The translations under genes were made by a program, and so were the position numbers. This document shows, in pieces, positions 1 through 9,714 of a stretch of DNA of 64,000 bases. This DNA is from Microcoleus sp. (GTDB taxonomy: Bacteria > Cyanobacteriota > Cyanobacteriia > Cyanobacteriales > Microcoleaceae), in assembly GCA_042408215.1 (NCBI GenBank), contig JAYFMW010000008.1, forward strand, positions 271,756-335,755, given 5' to 3'. Below the pieces are notes generated by a model. That model ran no database searches, was not told the origin of the DNA, and saw only the letters and a program-made list of their open reading frames with translations. Each line of letters opens with the position of its first letter. Positions within the stretch are counted from its first letter, which is position 1.

Positions 1-1362
1 AGTCAGTATTTGTCGGAAATGGGTTCGGAAACTGAAATACTTAATCCCCTGACTCTTCATCAAGTAACAAGTACCGTTTCTCCACAGCGAGTTAATCAAA
101 ATTGCTTCGGTTCTTTAGGGGTAAAAATTACGGATGTTAAAATATTACCTGATGGGGGAATTGACAGTGGTGATTCTGTGACTATTGAGATTCAATATTC
201 GGTATTAAAGTCAATTTCTGATGCGATATTTGGGGTAACAATTACCCGGAAAGACGGTCAAGTTTGTTTTGATATTAAGACGAATCAAATCGGTAAGTTG
301 CTACCGCTGGCTCAGGGGGATGGCAAAATTAGGCTACATTTGGATAGATTAGATTTGGGGAATGGTCAATATTATGTAAATGCTGGGGTTTATGAGAAAA
401 CTTTGGCTTATGCTTACGATTATCGCCACCAAGTTTATCCGTTGTATGTGCGATCGCCTGTACGCCAAAACACGATTCTTTGTCCTCCTTACCGCTGGGA
501 GTGGGATGGCGAAATGCAGGTTTCGGAATTGCCGGATCGAGTTGACAAAACTCACCCTATGAATAAAAATAATCCGGCTTATGGCAAAATTTTGACTCAG
601 TTGAAAACGAAGAATCATCCTAATTTTTTACTGTTAGGTTCTCAACAATGCGGTGTTGAGGCCTTGTATGGATGTCTGGAAAATTACTTGCAAATTATTC
701 AAGCAGGTGCTAGGAAAGTTCACTTTTTTGAATTGAATTACGATCGCGGTGTAGAGTGGTACAGCAAGCAGTTGAGTCAGGGTGTGGTGGGAGATACAGT
801 GCTGCGATGGGAGATGACTCCTGAGTATATGGATCATCCTTTGGTGGCGGAGCGGGTTTATCAGTGTTTCCCGGATGTTAAACTGATTATGATGCTCAGA
901 AATCCAGTGCAAAGAGCATGGATGCACTATAATTTAGAAGTGGCGATGGGTTTTGAAGAATTCGATGTTACAAAGGCGATCGCTTCTGAGTGCGATCGGC
1001 TAGCAGGCGAAATTGAGAAACTTCGCTCTAGTCCAAATTATCACAGTTTTAATCACCAGCATTATTCCTATTTATCGCGGGGAATTTATGTGGAACAAAT
1101 CAAGAATTGGCTGGACTATTTCCCAAGAGAACAGTTGTTGATTTTGAAGACTGAGGATTTTCAGGAAAATCCTGGTAAGGTATTTTCTAAGGTGTTGGAT
1201 TTCTTGGATATTAGCGCTAGTGCTGTCAAGGAATACGAGATTAATAGTGTGGAGGATTATAGTAAAATGCCGGAGGCGATGGAAGACAAATTAATCGGTT
1301 ATTTTAAGCCTTATAATCGGGAACTTTCTGATTTGTTGAAAGAGGATTTTAGTTGGAGTTAG
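1..1362 (+). CDS. 3' part of polysaccharide ABC exporter ATPase (Wzt C-terminal carbohydrate-binding domain) fused to a sulfotransferase-like domain; probably starts before the window
   Basis: N-terminal part resembles Wzt_C (GDSVTIEIQY...LDRLDLGNGQYYVNAGVY...YDY). C-terminal part resembles Sulfotransfer_1 (HFFELNYDRGVEWY, LRNPVQRA, YLSRGIYVEQIKNWLDYFPREQLLIL). The frame is open from the window edge. Confidence 0.75.
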   Translation, partial: SQYLSEMGSETEILNPLTLHQVTSTVSPQRVNQNCFGSLGVKITDVKILPDGGIDSGDSVTIEIQYSVLKSISDAIFGVTITRKDGQVCFDIKTNQIGKLLPLAQGDGKIRLHLDRLDLGNGQYYVNAGVYEKTLAYAYDYRHQVYPLYVRSPVRQNTILCPPYRWEWDGEMQVSELPDRVDKTHPMNKNNPAYGKILTQLKTKNHPNFLLLGSQQCGVEALYGCLENYLQIIQAGARKVHFFELNYDRGVEWYSKQLSQGVVGDTVLRWEMTPEYMDHPLVAERVYQCFPDVKLIMMLRNPVQRAWMHYNLEVAMGFEEFDVTKAIASECDRLAGEIEKLRSSPNYHSFNHQHYSYLSRGIYVEQIKNWLDYFPREQLLILKTEDFQENPGKVFSKVLDFLDISASAVKEYEINSVEDYSKMPEAMEDKLIGYFKPYNRELSDLLKEDFSWS

Positions 1363-1365
1363 GGA

Positions 1366-2805
1366 AAGAGTTTTTTACCGCAGAGAGCGCAGAGAGCGCA
1401 GAGAGTTCTGAAAGGAAGATGAATCATACCTCTTTCTGCTCTTCCTCGGTGTCCTCTGCGCTCTCTGTGGTTAATTCAAAAAAATCTCATTCACCAACAA
1501 GAGTTTTTTACCGCAGAGAGCGCAGAGAGCGCAGAGAGTGCTGAAAGGAACATGAATCATACCTCTTTCTGCTCTTCCTCAGTGTCCTCTGCGCTCTCTG
1601 TGGTTAATTCAAAAAAATCTCATTCACCAACAAGAGTTTTTTACCGCAGAGAGCGCAGAGAGCGCAGAGAGTTCTGAAAGGAAGATGAATCATACCTCTT
1701 TCTTCTCTTCCTCAGTGTCCTCTGCGCTCTCTGTGGTTAATTAAAAAAAATCTCGTTCACCAACGCTTGATCAAGTATCATAATGAAAAGAGTTTTTTAC
1801 CGCAGAGAGCGCAGAGAGCGCAGAGAGTTCTGGAAGGAAGATGAATCATACCTCTTTCTGCTCTTCCTCAGTGTCCTCTGCGCTCTCTGTGGTTAATTCA
1901 AAAAAATCTCATTCACCAACAAGAGTTTTTTACCGCAGAGAGCGCAGAGAGCGCAGAGAGTTCTGAAAGGAAGATGAATCATACCTCTTTCTTCTCTTCC
2001 TCAGTGTCCTCTGCGCTCTCTGTGGTTAATTAAAAAAAATCTCGTTCACCAACGCTTGATCAAGTATCATAATGAAAAGAGTTTTTTACCGCAGAGAGCG
2101 CAGAGAGCGCAGAGAGTTCTGGAAGGAAGATGAATCATACCTCTTTCTGCTCTTCCTCGGTGTCCTCTGCGCTCTCTGTGGTTAATTAAAAAAAATCTCA
2201 TTTACCAACAAGAGTTTTTTACCGCAGAGAGCGCAGAGAGCGCAGAGAGTGCTGAAAGGAACATGAATCATACCTCTTTCTTCTCTTCCTCAGTGTCCTC
2301 TGCGCTCTCTGTGGTTAATTAAAAAAAATCTCATTTACCAACACTTGATCAAGTATCATAATGAAAAGAGTTTTTTACCGCAGAGAGCGCAGAGAGCGCA
2401 GAGAGTGCTGAAAGGAACATGAATCATACCTCTTTCTGCTCTTCCTCGGTGTCCTCTGCGCTCTCTGTGGTTCATTAAAAAAAATCTCATTTACCAACAA
2501 GAGTTTTTTACCGCAGAGAGCGCAGAGAGCGCAGAGAGTTCTGGAAGGAAGATGAATCATACCTCTTTCTGCTCTTCCTCGGTGTCCTCTGCGCTCTCTG
2601 TGGTTAATTAAAAAAAATCTCATTTACCAACGCTCGATCAAGTATCATAATGAAAAGAGTTTTTTACCGCAGAGAGCGCAGAGAGCGCAGAGAGTTCTGA
2701 AAGGAAGATGAATCATACCTCTTTCTGCTCTTCCTCGGTGTCCTCTGCGCTCTCTGTGGTTAATTAAAAAAAATCTCATTCACAAATAATTTATCAAGTA
2801 TCATA
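1366..2805. repeat. Tandem array of 10 palindromic units (133 bp and 156 bp variants forming a 289-bp higher-order repeat)
   Basis: Units start (aagagttttttaccgcagagagcgcagag) at 1366, 1499, 1632, 1788, 1921, 2077, 2210, 2366, 2499 and 2655. Each unit has inverted arms accgcagagagcgcagag / ctctgcgctctctgtggt. Confidence 0.95.
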
Positions 2806-5247
2806 ATGAAACGGATATTTCTAGTTGGTCCTCCCAGAAGCGGTACAACACTACTTCAAAGTTTGTTAGCCTCTCATCCTGAAGTTATTTCTTTTCCTGA
2901 ATCTAAGTTTTTTCACTATTTACTGTATAATAAGTTTGTCAAAAAGTTTCCCGATAGACTGTCAGCTTTTTTTAAGGATGAGATTAATCGTCCTGAGTTT
3001 TTGCAGAATTTTGATAATAGCAAATCTACGGAACTTAAAGTGAGTTGGTTTGTCGGAGTTTTAGATAGTTTGGCTGCGGAAGAGCAGAAAAGCATTTGGT
3101 TGGAAAAAACGCCGGAACACATATATTTTATTAAAGATATAGAGCGTTTTTTACCCGATGCTAAATTTATACATATTTTGCGAAATGGTATGGATACCAT
3201 CGCTTCTCTCTATGAAGCTACTAGGATTTCTCCAGAATTGTGGGGGGATGGTTGGGATTTAGACCATTGTATTAAACGTTGGCAAGAAGGGGTGTTAATT
3301 AGCCATAGCTATGCTCATAAATCTCATCATAAATTGGTTAAATATGAGGATCTTTTAGAGAATAAAACTAAATTTTTGGCTGATATTTGTGATTTTCTTG
3401 GCATTGAGTATGATAGTAAAATGCTGGTTAATTATAAAGCTAAAGCTGCTAATTTGAGTTTGAATTTACCTTGGCATAAGGGAATTGAAAGAGATATTCA
3501 AAGCACTAAGGTTCACAAATATCATACTTTTTTTAATAGCCATGAAATTCAATATATTTTAGATAAAATCAAGTGGATAAATTCTGAAATTGTCTATAAG
3601 GTTAAGGTGGAGGTGACTGAACCTATTTCGGATATTTCTATTCCGCAAATATTCGATCGCCTTTGCTGTACAATCCAACTAGAAGGTGTTAAACTGGGTA
3701 TTGTTGAATTGCCAGTCTGTGACGGGATGGTGGCTGGTGTGGTTTTGGCGGATGCGATCGCAGCTAAGTTTGCTTGGCCAATTCTCCAACGCTTTTTTCA
3801 ACACAGAGCCTGGGAAAGTATACATAAATTATCGGAAAGTTCTCTGAGTAGATTGCATCGGAAACTTCAGTGGAGGGAATTTTTACAGGAAATATGGGAT
3901 TGTCCAATTTCATCTTCTGATTATTTCTCTAATCCCAATTTAACTATCGATGAAGCATCAATTATTAGTCTGACTGAAGACTTGATTGTGGTGGAGCTTA
4001 GCGCCGAATTGCCTAATATTAAAGTTGACCTTTCGGAAATAGATGTGCTGGTAAAAGTAGGCGGAGTTGCGGTGGGGATTGTAACTGTTGCGGTTGATAA
4101 TAATTTTGTTTCTGCTCAACAATTGCGATCGACAATTACTCAATATACTAACTTTGAATTGTGTGTTGCTGCTGTGCGATCGGCTTTGTTGGGAAAACCG
4201 CTAAATGGTAAGATGTCGCTGCGATCGCATTTAGCCACATCTGCTCAACAAATGGCGAATGCGCCCGAAAGGTTGAATGCAGCGGGTTCTGAGGGCATTT
4301 ACTCCCAAAATGCGGTGATATTTGGCAGGCACGAGGGGGCGATCGGAACGAGTGCTAGTCGTCGGGCCGCACTACCAGCGGCGGCGCTGCGGGAATTAGC
4401 AGAAGCTGCGGAAATTGCGGGGGAACCGATCATGCAAATTCCCCTAGATAACGAGTTACCGAAACAAGTAATTTACGCACCGGAAATCATGGCGCGAAAG
4501 TCGCCCTATAAAGCAGTTTCTCAATTAACTGAAACTCAAGTTTTTCACAATCAGACAGTTAATCAAAAGCTCCCAATTTTTGCCTACCGTCGCATTTCTC
4601 CTAAGGGTTTAAATGCAATTAATCCGCAGGTTTTTGAACAACAGTTGCAGCGTCTTAAAAACCAAGGTTACTATAGTGTTAGTTGGTCAAGTTTGTCCAG
4701 TGCGAAACTAACTAAAACTGCTTTACCTGGTAAACCTATATTGCTGACTTTTGACGGCGGCTATCAGGACTTTTGTGAATATGCTTTACCTTTGCTAAAA
4801 CGCTTTGACTTTACAGCAACTGTTTTTCTAGTAGCAGAGTCGATAGGAAAGACAAATAGTTGGGAAAAAGCCGACTCTGAAGAATTACAGTTAATGGGAT
4901 GGCCGGAAATTCTGCAACTGCGGGATGCAGGGATTGAGTTTGGTTCCATGTCTGCGACTTATCAACCTCTGACTGGTTTGTCGCCGACAGAAATTGTGCG
5001 GGAAGGGGCGAAATCTCGTGCTATTTTGCAACGGGGATTGGGGAAACCTGTCGAATCTTTTGCTTATCCCTACGGAAATGTTGATGAAATTGTCAAGCAT
5101 TTAATTGGGGCGATTGGCTATACTTTTGGTGTATGTTACGGGTCAAAATATAGTAGTTTTGATGATTCTTTATTGTCGCTACCCCGCATTCAAGTAGGGT
5201 GCGTCAGAAAGCGAGATTTTCGCCTCAACCAAAAATCTCTCAACTGA
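2806..5247 (+). CDS. Sulfotransferase fused to a C-terminal polysaccharide deacetylase (NodB)-like domain
   Basis: N-terminal GPPRSGTTLL PAPS loop, WLEKTP and ILRNGMD motifs. C-terminal ILLTFDGGY...ATVFL...FAYPYG...LPRI deacetylase fold. Confidence 0.8.
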   Translation: MKRIFLVGPPRSGTTLLQSLLASHPEVISFPESKFFHYLLYNKFVKKFPDRLSAFFKDEINRPEFLQNFDNSKSTELKVSWFVGVLDSLAAEEQKSIWLEKTPEHIYFIKDIERFLPDAKFIHILRNGMDTIASLYEATRISPELWGDGWDLDHCIKRWQEGVLISHSYAHKSHHKLVKYEDLLENKTKFLADICDFLGIEYDSKMLVNYKAKAANLSLNLPWHKGIERDIQSTKVHKYHTFFNSHEIQYILDKIKWINSEIVYKVKVEVTEPISDISIPQIFDRLCCTIQLEGVKLGIVELPVCDGMVAGVVLADAIAAKFAWPILQRFFQHRAWESIHKLSESSLSRLHRKLQWREFLQEIWDCPISSSDYFSNPNLTIDEASIISLTEDLIVVELSAELPNIKVDLSEIDVLVKVGGVAVGIVTVAVDNNFVSAQQLRSTITQYTNFELCVAAVRSALLGKPLNGKMSLRSHLATSAQQMANAPERLNAAGSEGIYSQNAVIFGRHEGAIGTSASRRAALPAAALRELAEAAEIAGEPIMQIPLDNELPKQVIYAPEIMARKSPYKAVSQLTETQVFHNQTVNQKLPIFAYRRISPKGLNAINPQVFEQQLQRLKNQGYYSVSWSSLSSAKLTKTALPGKPILLTFDGGYQDFCEYALPLLKRFDFTATVFLVAESIGKTNSWEKADSEELQLMGWPEILQLRDAGIEFGSMSATYQPLTGLSPTEIVREGAKSRAILQRGLGKPVESFAYPYGNVDEIVKHLIGAIGYTFGVCYGSKYSSFDDSLLSLPRIQVGCVRKRDFRLNQKSLN

Positions 5248-5396
5248 CGCACCTTACTAACTGAGTAGGGTGCGTCAGCCAGGGAAACAGTCACCGCAAC
5301 TAACAATCTCTCAACTGACGCACCTTACCTTAGTAGGGTGCGTCAGAAAGCGAGATTTTCGCCTCAACCAAAAATCTCTCAACTGACGCACCTTAC
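5194..5396. repeat. Three tandem GTAG-type REP-like palindromic doublets between convergent genes
   Basis: gtagggtgcgtcag...ctgacgcaccttac at 5194-5257, 5265-5328 and 5333-5396. Units 1 and 3 have identical interiors. A related copy starts at about 44364. Confidence 0.85.
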
Positions 5397-6614
5397 CAAT
5401 GAAATCCCTTAATCAATCCCTGGATTTTCCGCCACAAATAACCGCCTAATCCTCTGGATATTTTCTCAAACTTATAATCAAACAAAATATCCATCACATC
5501 TTCCGTTTTCATGTACTTTAAATAAGAAATTGTTTGATCGGTAAGTTCGTCATTCACATCATCGATATACTTTCTCACAGCCAATCTTTCTGAAATATTC
5601 CATTTCCGATCAAACTTGCAGTGCATTTCCGTCTCATAATCCCGAAAATCTGATATTTTACGATCCAAATACATTTGAATATATTTTCCCGCTATTTCCG
5701 CACCATCCATCCCGTGTCTAATCCCTTCGCCGCCCAGAAAGTTAACCGTAGAAACAGTATCGCCGATCGCAATTATATTATCCTTGCAATAAATATCTTT
5801 CAAACCCTGACTATATTTAAGCGTGGAACCGTGTTTGTCAATAATTTTATAGTTTTTAGACTTCAGATATTCATCAATCAGTAAATCTATATATTTTTTC
5901 AGCGGTGACAAATGCCTAATAGTTTTGGAATCTAAAAAAATGCGGCCCGCACCAACTTTCAGCCTATTTTGTTCCATTGGAAAAATCCAAGAATAACCTT
6001 TTGGCATCCATTTTTCGCCCAAAAAAAAGATTAAATCACCGCTGTATTTATTGTAAACTTCTGGTTCTACTTCAATTAAATATTCGATGCCGGTTCCCGA
6101 CAAAAAATCTGGTTTATCATTTTCTTTATCATACATAATAGCCCTAGCAAAACCCGTAGCATCAACTAATACTTTAGTGCTAACTTTGATAAGTTGACCG
6201 TCGGATAGCTGTTTAAATTCTACTAGAGTTTCGCCGTTTGCTTGTGAGTGTCGAATGTAGCGATAACCCAGCCAAACTTCACTACCCAGTCGCTGCACTT
6301 CACTGGCGAGAAATGCTCTAAATTTAGCAAAGTTTAGAACAACTCCCAAGCTTTGAGGAGACTCCCAAGTTTGACTGACTTTGCTAGTTTCAATAGTAAG
6401 TTTGTGCCAAAAACTGCCGATTACTGATTCGGGTAAATCGAATTGAGAGAGGGTTTCTAGAGGTGTGGCGGCACTGGAAAAGTCATTTTTATCAAAAGTG
6501 TCGTTTTGCTCTGCAAGCAAGACTTTGCGGCCGGATTTTGCTAATATTCTCGCACAGTGGCCAGCCAGCCGGGCCTGCTCCTACTATTACTATATCAAAA
6601 CTTGTCAAAGTCAT
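5393..6614 (-). pseudogene. NAD(P)/FAD-dependent oxidoreductase (geranylgeranyl reductase family) with a +1 frameshift in the GxGxxG motif
   Basis: ATG at 6614 gives MTLTSFDIVIVGAGPAG. One extra base near 6563 separates this from GHCARILAKSGRKVLLAEQ, which continues into ORF 5393..6520 (LVDATG, GYSWIFP, IGD...GGEGIRHG). A sequencing error is possible. Confidence 0.75.
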
Positions 6615-6668
6615 TTTGCCTTTTTCACAAACTTTTTTTCTACTGTTTAAAATTAGTTGGGATTGCTT

Positions 6669-7037
6669 TTAACTCGCTCCCAAAGTCAAAATACCCGCAG
6701 ACATATCAACTAATAACCGTCGAGTTTTCAGCCACTGGCGGCCGATTAAAAATTCCGGTACTCCGTCACCTACATGAACAGGAATGTCAAACTCTTGCTC
6801 ATCTATGCGTACTTTTCCTGCATAAAGATCGAAATTGAATTCTCCCTTAGCTGTTTTCATTTTTTCGCGCTGAATATAAATCCAATCAAGTCCTTCTAAA
6901 TCCTGACTGTCCATTGCTAACCAGCCCGAAAAACCTGTATCTAGCAGAGCATCAACAGGTAATTCTAAGCCGTTATCAGCAATCAATTCAACTTCAAAAA
7001 ACAGCTCGTCCTCATCACCAAATCTTCCTTCAATCAT
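6669..7037 (-). CDS. Retropepsin-like (clan AA) aspartic protease
   Basis: ALLDTGFSG catalytic motif and LIGRQWL. ATG at 7037 overlaps the upstream TGA (ATGA). Confidence 0.8.
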   Translation of the reverse strand: MIEGRFGDEDELFFEVELIADNGLELPVDALLDTGFSGWLAMDSQDLEGLDWIYIQREKMKTAKGEFNFDLYAGKVRIDEQEFDIPVHVGDGVPEFLIGRQWLKTRRLLVDMSAGILTLGAS

Positions 7038-7351
7038 ATCGTGCCACAAACTCCGGTTTCATTGATCCGAAAGACTTGCGGGATAGCATTGGGATGTTTC
7101 TGGCGACACATTTTTCCAGCGGCTAACGAATCTTTTTCGATAAAATGTTCCCCGCTGTCGGGTTCAACTGCTATGTACCAGTTGTAGTGGGTTTTAATCA
7201 ATTCTGGTTTGAGGCGATCGAAAATTGGTTTGCAGCGTTGATAAAATGCTTCTCTTTCAGCTCGCCACTGAGCTTTTTTTTCTTCTGACCACTGAATTTC
7301 GGGGAACAATCTTCCCCGTCGCACGGTGCGATTTGGTTTCACATTATTCAT
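7034..7351 (-). CDS. Small protein (DUF5678-like) translationally coupled to the aspartic protease
   Basis: GGAG RBS before ATG 7351. Sequence LKPELIKTHYNWYIAVEPDSGEHF...KHPNA..VFRI. Stop overlaps the protease start. Confidence 0.6.
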   Translation of the reverse strand: MNNVKPNRTVRRGRLFPEIQWSEEKKAQWRAEREAFYQRCKPIFDRLKPELIKTHYNWYIAVEPDSGEHFIEKDSLAAGKMCRQKHPNAIPQVFRINETGVCGTI

Positions 7352-7381
7352 TGTTGATTCTCCTTGATGGAAGTAGTTAGC

Positions 7382-7455
7382 TGTAAGGTGCGCAGTGCGC
7401 ACCCTACAATTCTAGCTAGTAAGGTGCCCAGTGCGCACCCTACAATTCTAGCTAA
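7382..7455. repeat. Two tandem 36-bp REP-like hairpins downstream of dxs
   Basis: gtaaggtgc(g/c)cagtgcgcaccctacaattctagcta x2. Confidence 0.8.
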
Positions 7456-9363
7456 TTAGACGCTAACAGGTGACTGTTTGTGGCTGAATGTTGCCAATAT
7501 GCGATCGCACATTTGTGACGGATTTAACCCTAAACTTGCAAAGGATTCCTCTGGCGTTGCATGATCTACCAATGTATCAGGCACGCCCAGCCGCATCACT
7601 GGTACAACAACATTATTGTCTAGCAAAGCTTCGGCTACTGCTGAACCAAAACCACCCATCAAACAGCCTTCTTCCATTGTGACAACTTTGCCAATTCGCT
7701 GTGCCAAAGGTAAGATTAATTCGGTATCTAAGGGCTTGACAAAACGCGCATTAATCACAGTTGCTTCTATGCCGTGTTCGCTCAAAATCTCGGCGGTTTG
7801 CATTGCCGGATAAACCATTGAACCGTAACCTAAGATTAGCAAGTCGTCCCCGTTGCGGAGGATTTCGGCTTTGCCGATCGCCAATTCTTCCCAACCTTCT
7901 TCCATCAAAGGCACGCCGTAACCGTTACCACGCGGGTAACGCATGGCGATCGGACCGCTTGTATGGTTAATTCCCGTGACTACCATCCGCTGCAATTCTG
8001 CCTCGTCTTTTGGAGCCATAATCACCAGATTTGGCAGACAGCGCAAGTAAGCAATGTCGTACATTCCTTGGTGAGTTGGGCCGTCAGCACCGACGATTCC
8101 GGCTCGATCTAAACAGAAGAAAACCGGCAAGTTTTGGATGCAGACATCGTGAACTATTTGGTCATATCCCCGCTGCAAAAACGTCGAATAAATTGCCACT
8201 ACCGGGCGCATTCCTTCGCAGGCTAAACCAGCCGATAAAGTAACGGCGTGCTGTTCGGCAATGCCGACATCAATGTACTGTTTCGGCAGTTTTTCCTGAA
8301 GTTTATCTAAGCCAGTTCCGGTTGCCATTGCCGCAGTAATACCGACTATTTTCGGATTATCTGCTGCTAGTTTAACTAAACAGTGGGAAAAGACTTTAGA
8401 GTAAGCGGGAGGCTTGGGTTTGGTCGAAGGAACGCCTTTACCAGTGGCTAAATTAAACGGGCTTTGGGCGTGATATCCTACTTGGTCTTTTTCGGCGATC
8501 GCATATCCTTTGCCCTTCACCGTCACAACGTGAACTAGCACCGGGCCTTGGATAGTATGACCTTGTTTGAAAGTAGCAATTAACTCTGCCAAATTGTGTC
8601 CGTCTACCGGGCCCATGTAGGTAAAGCCCAATTCTTCAATTACGGCTCCAACTTTCGACACCGCTAACCGTTTCATTCCTTCTTTGAGGCGTTCCATTTC
8701 TGGGGTAAATGTTTCGCCCACAAAGGGAATGTGTTTGAATTGTTCCTCTAAGTTATCTTTGAGAAATTGCACCGGCTGCGAGAGTCGCATTTTGTTCAAA
8801 TAGCGGGTAATTGCGCCAACATTGGGCGAGATTGACATCTCGTTGTCGTTAAGCACTACCATCAAATTGGTTTTCGGCATATGGCCCGCGTGGTTGATCG
8901 CTTCGAGTGCCATACCCCCTGTCAGGGCACCGTCGCCGATGACTGCTACAGTTTTAAAGTTTTCGCCTTTGAGGTCGCGCGCCATTGCCATCCCTAGAGC
9001 TGCGGAAATGCTCGTAGAAGCGTGGCCAGCACCAAAATGGTCAAATTTGTTCTCGGAGCGCTTGAGGTAGCCTGCAACGCCGTCTTTTTGGCGTAGGGTG
9101 TGGAATTGGTTGTAGCGGCCGGTGATCAATTTGTGCGGATAAGCTTGGTGGCCGACATCCCAGGTTACTTTGTCGCGATCGAGGTCAAGTGTCTGGTACA
9201 GTGCTAAAGTCAGTTCGACTACACCCAATCCGGGGCCGAGGTGGCCGCCACTGGCTGCTACAGTTTCTAAATGCTTTTCTCGAATTTGTCGAGCAATTTG
9301 TTCCAGTTGATGAATGGACAAGCCGTGTAATTGGTTTGGGTGAGTCAGTTCGCTGAGATGCAT
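7456..9363 (-). CDS. dxs: 1-deoxy-D-xylulose-5-phosphate synthase
   Basis: [59 protein letters not shown]. Confidence 0.97.
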   Translation of the reverse strand: MHLSELTHPNQLHGLSIHQLEQIARQIREKHLETVAASGGHLGPGLGVVELTLALYQTLDLDRDKVTWDVGHQAYPHKLITGRYNQFHTLRQKDGVAGYLKRSENKFDHFGAGHASTSISAALGMAMARDLKGENFKTVAVIGDGALTGGMALEAINHAGHMPKTNLMVVLNDNEMSISPNVGAITRYLNKMRLSQPVQFLKDNLEEQFKHIPFVGETFTPEMERLKEGMKRLAVSKVGAVIEELGFTYMGPVDGHNLAELIATFKQGHTIQGPVLVHVVTVKGKGYAIAEKDQVGYHAQSPFNLATGKGVPSTKPKPPAYSKVFSHCLVKLAADNPKIVGITAAMATGTGLDKLQEKLPKQYIDVGIAEQHAVTLSAGLACEGMRPVVAIYSTFLQRGYDQIVHDVCIQNLPVFFCLDRAGIVGADGPTHQGMYDIAYLRCLPNLVIMAPKDEAELQRMVVTGINHTSGPIAMRYPRGNGYGVPLMEEGWEELAIGKAEILRNGDDLLILGYGSMVYPAMQTAEILSEHGIEATVINARFVKPLDTELILPLAQRIGKVVTMEEGCLMGGFGSAVAEALLDNNVVVPVMRLGVPDTLVDHATPEESFASLGLNPSQMCDRILATFSHKQSPVSV

Positions 9364-9656
9364 ATTTTAAAATCTTGCTCCTGTGAATCAGGACGAATCC
9401 TTAACAGCTATAGGTTGAGCCTGCGACGCTTGGGACACGCAAACTTAGAATAGTTTAGCGGTTATTTGGGAAAAACTGTGAGGCGTAACAATTTTATTAT
9501 TTCTGACCTGGCAATTCTAGTAAATAAATTGTTAAAAATCAATATAAATTACGAACCGGTTTGTAGTAAGGACGACCGTCCTGATTCTTTTATACTCGCA
9601 GCTCAAATTTCACAAAATGCTATTACAGTCAGAAAATGACTGATTTTTGAGATAGC

Positions 9657-9708
9657 AAGGACTAAAGTCCTGACTACGAACCGGTTTGTAGTCAGGACTT
9701 TAGTCCTT
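9657..9708. repeat. Near-perfect 52-bp palindrome (REP-like doublet), possible terminator of the upstream yyaL-like gene
   Basis: aaggactaaagtcctgactac-gaaccggttt-gtagtcaggactttagtcctt. A partial copy lies at about 9550-9585. Confidence 0.8.
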
Positions 9709-9714
9709 ATTATT

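Noticed and set aside
1366..2805. Possible CRISPR array
   Set aside because: Units are 133/156 bp and repeat in full with no unique spacers, and no cas genes are present. ORFs 1353..1544 and 2375..2623 are by-products of the repeat.
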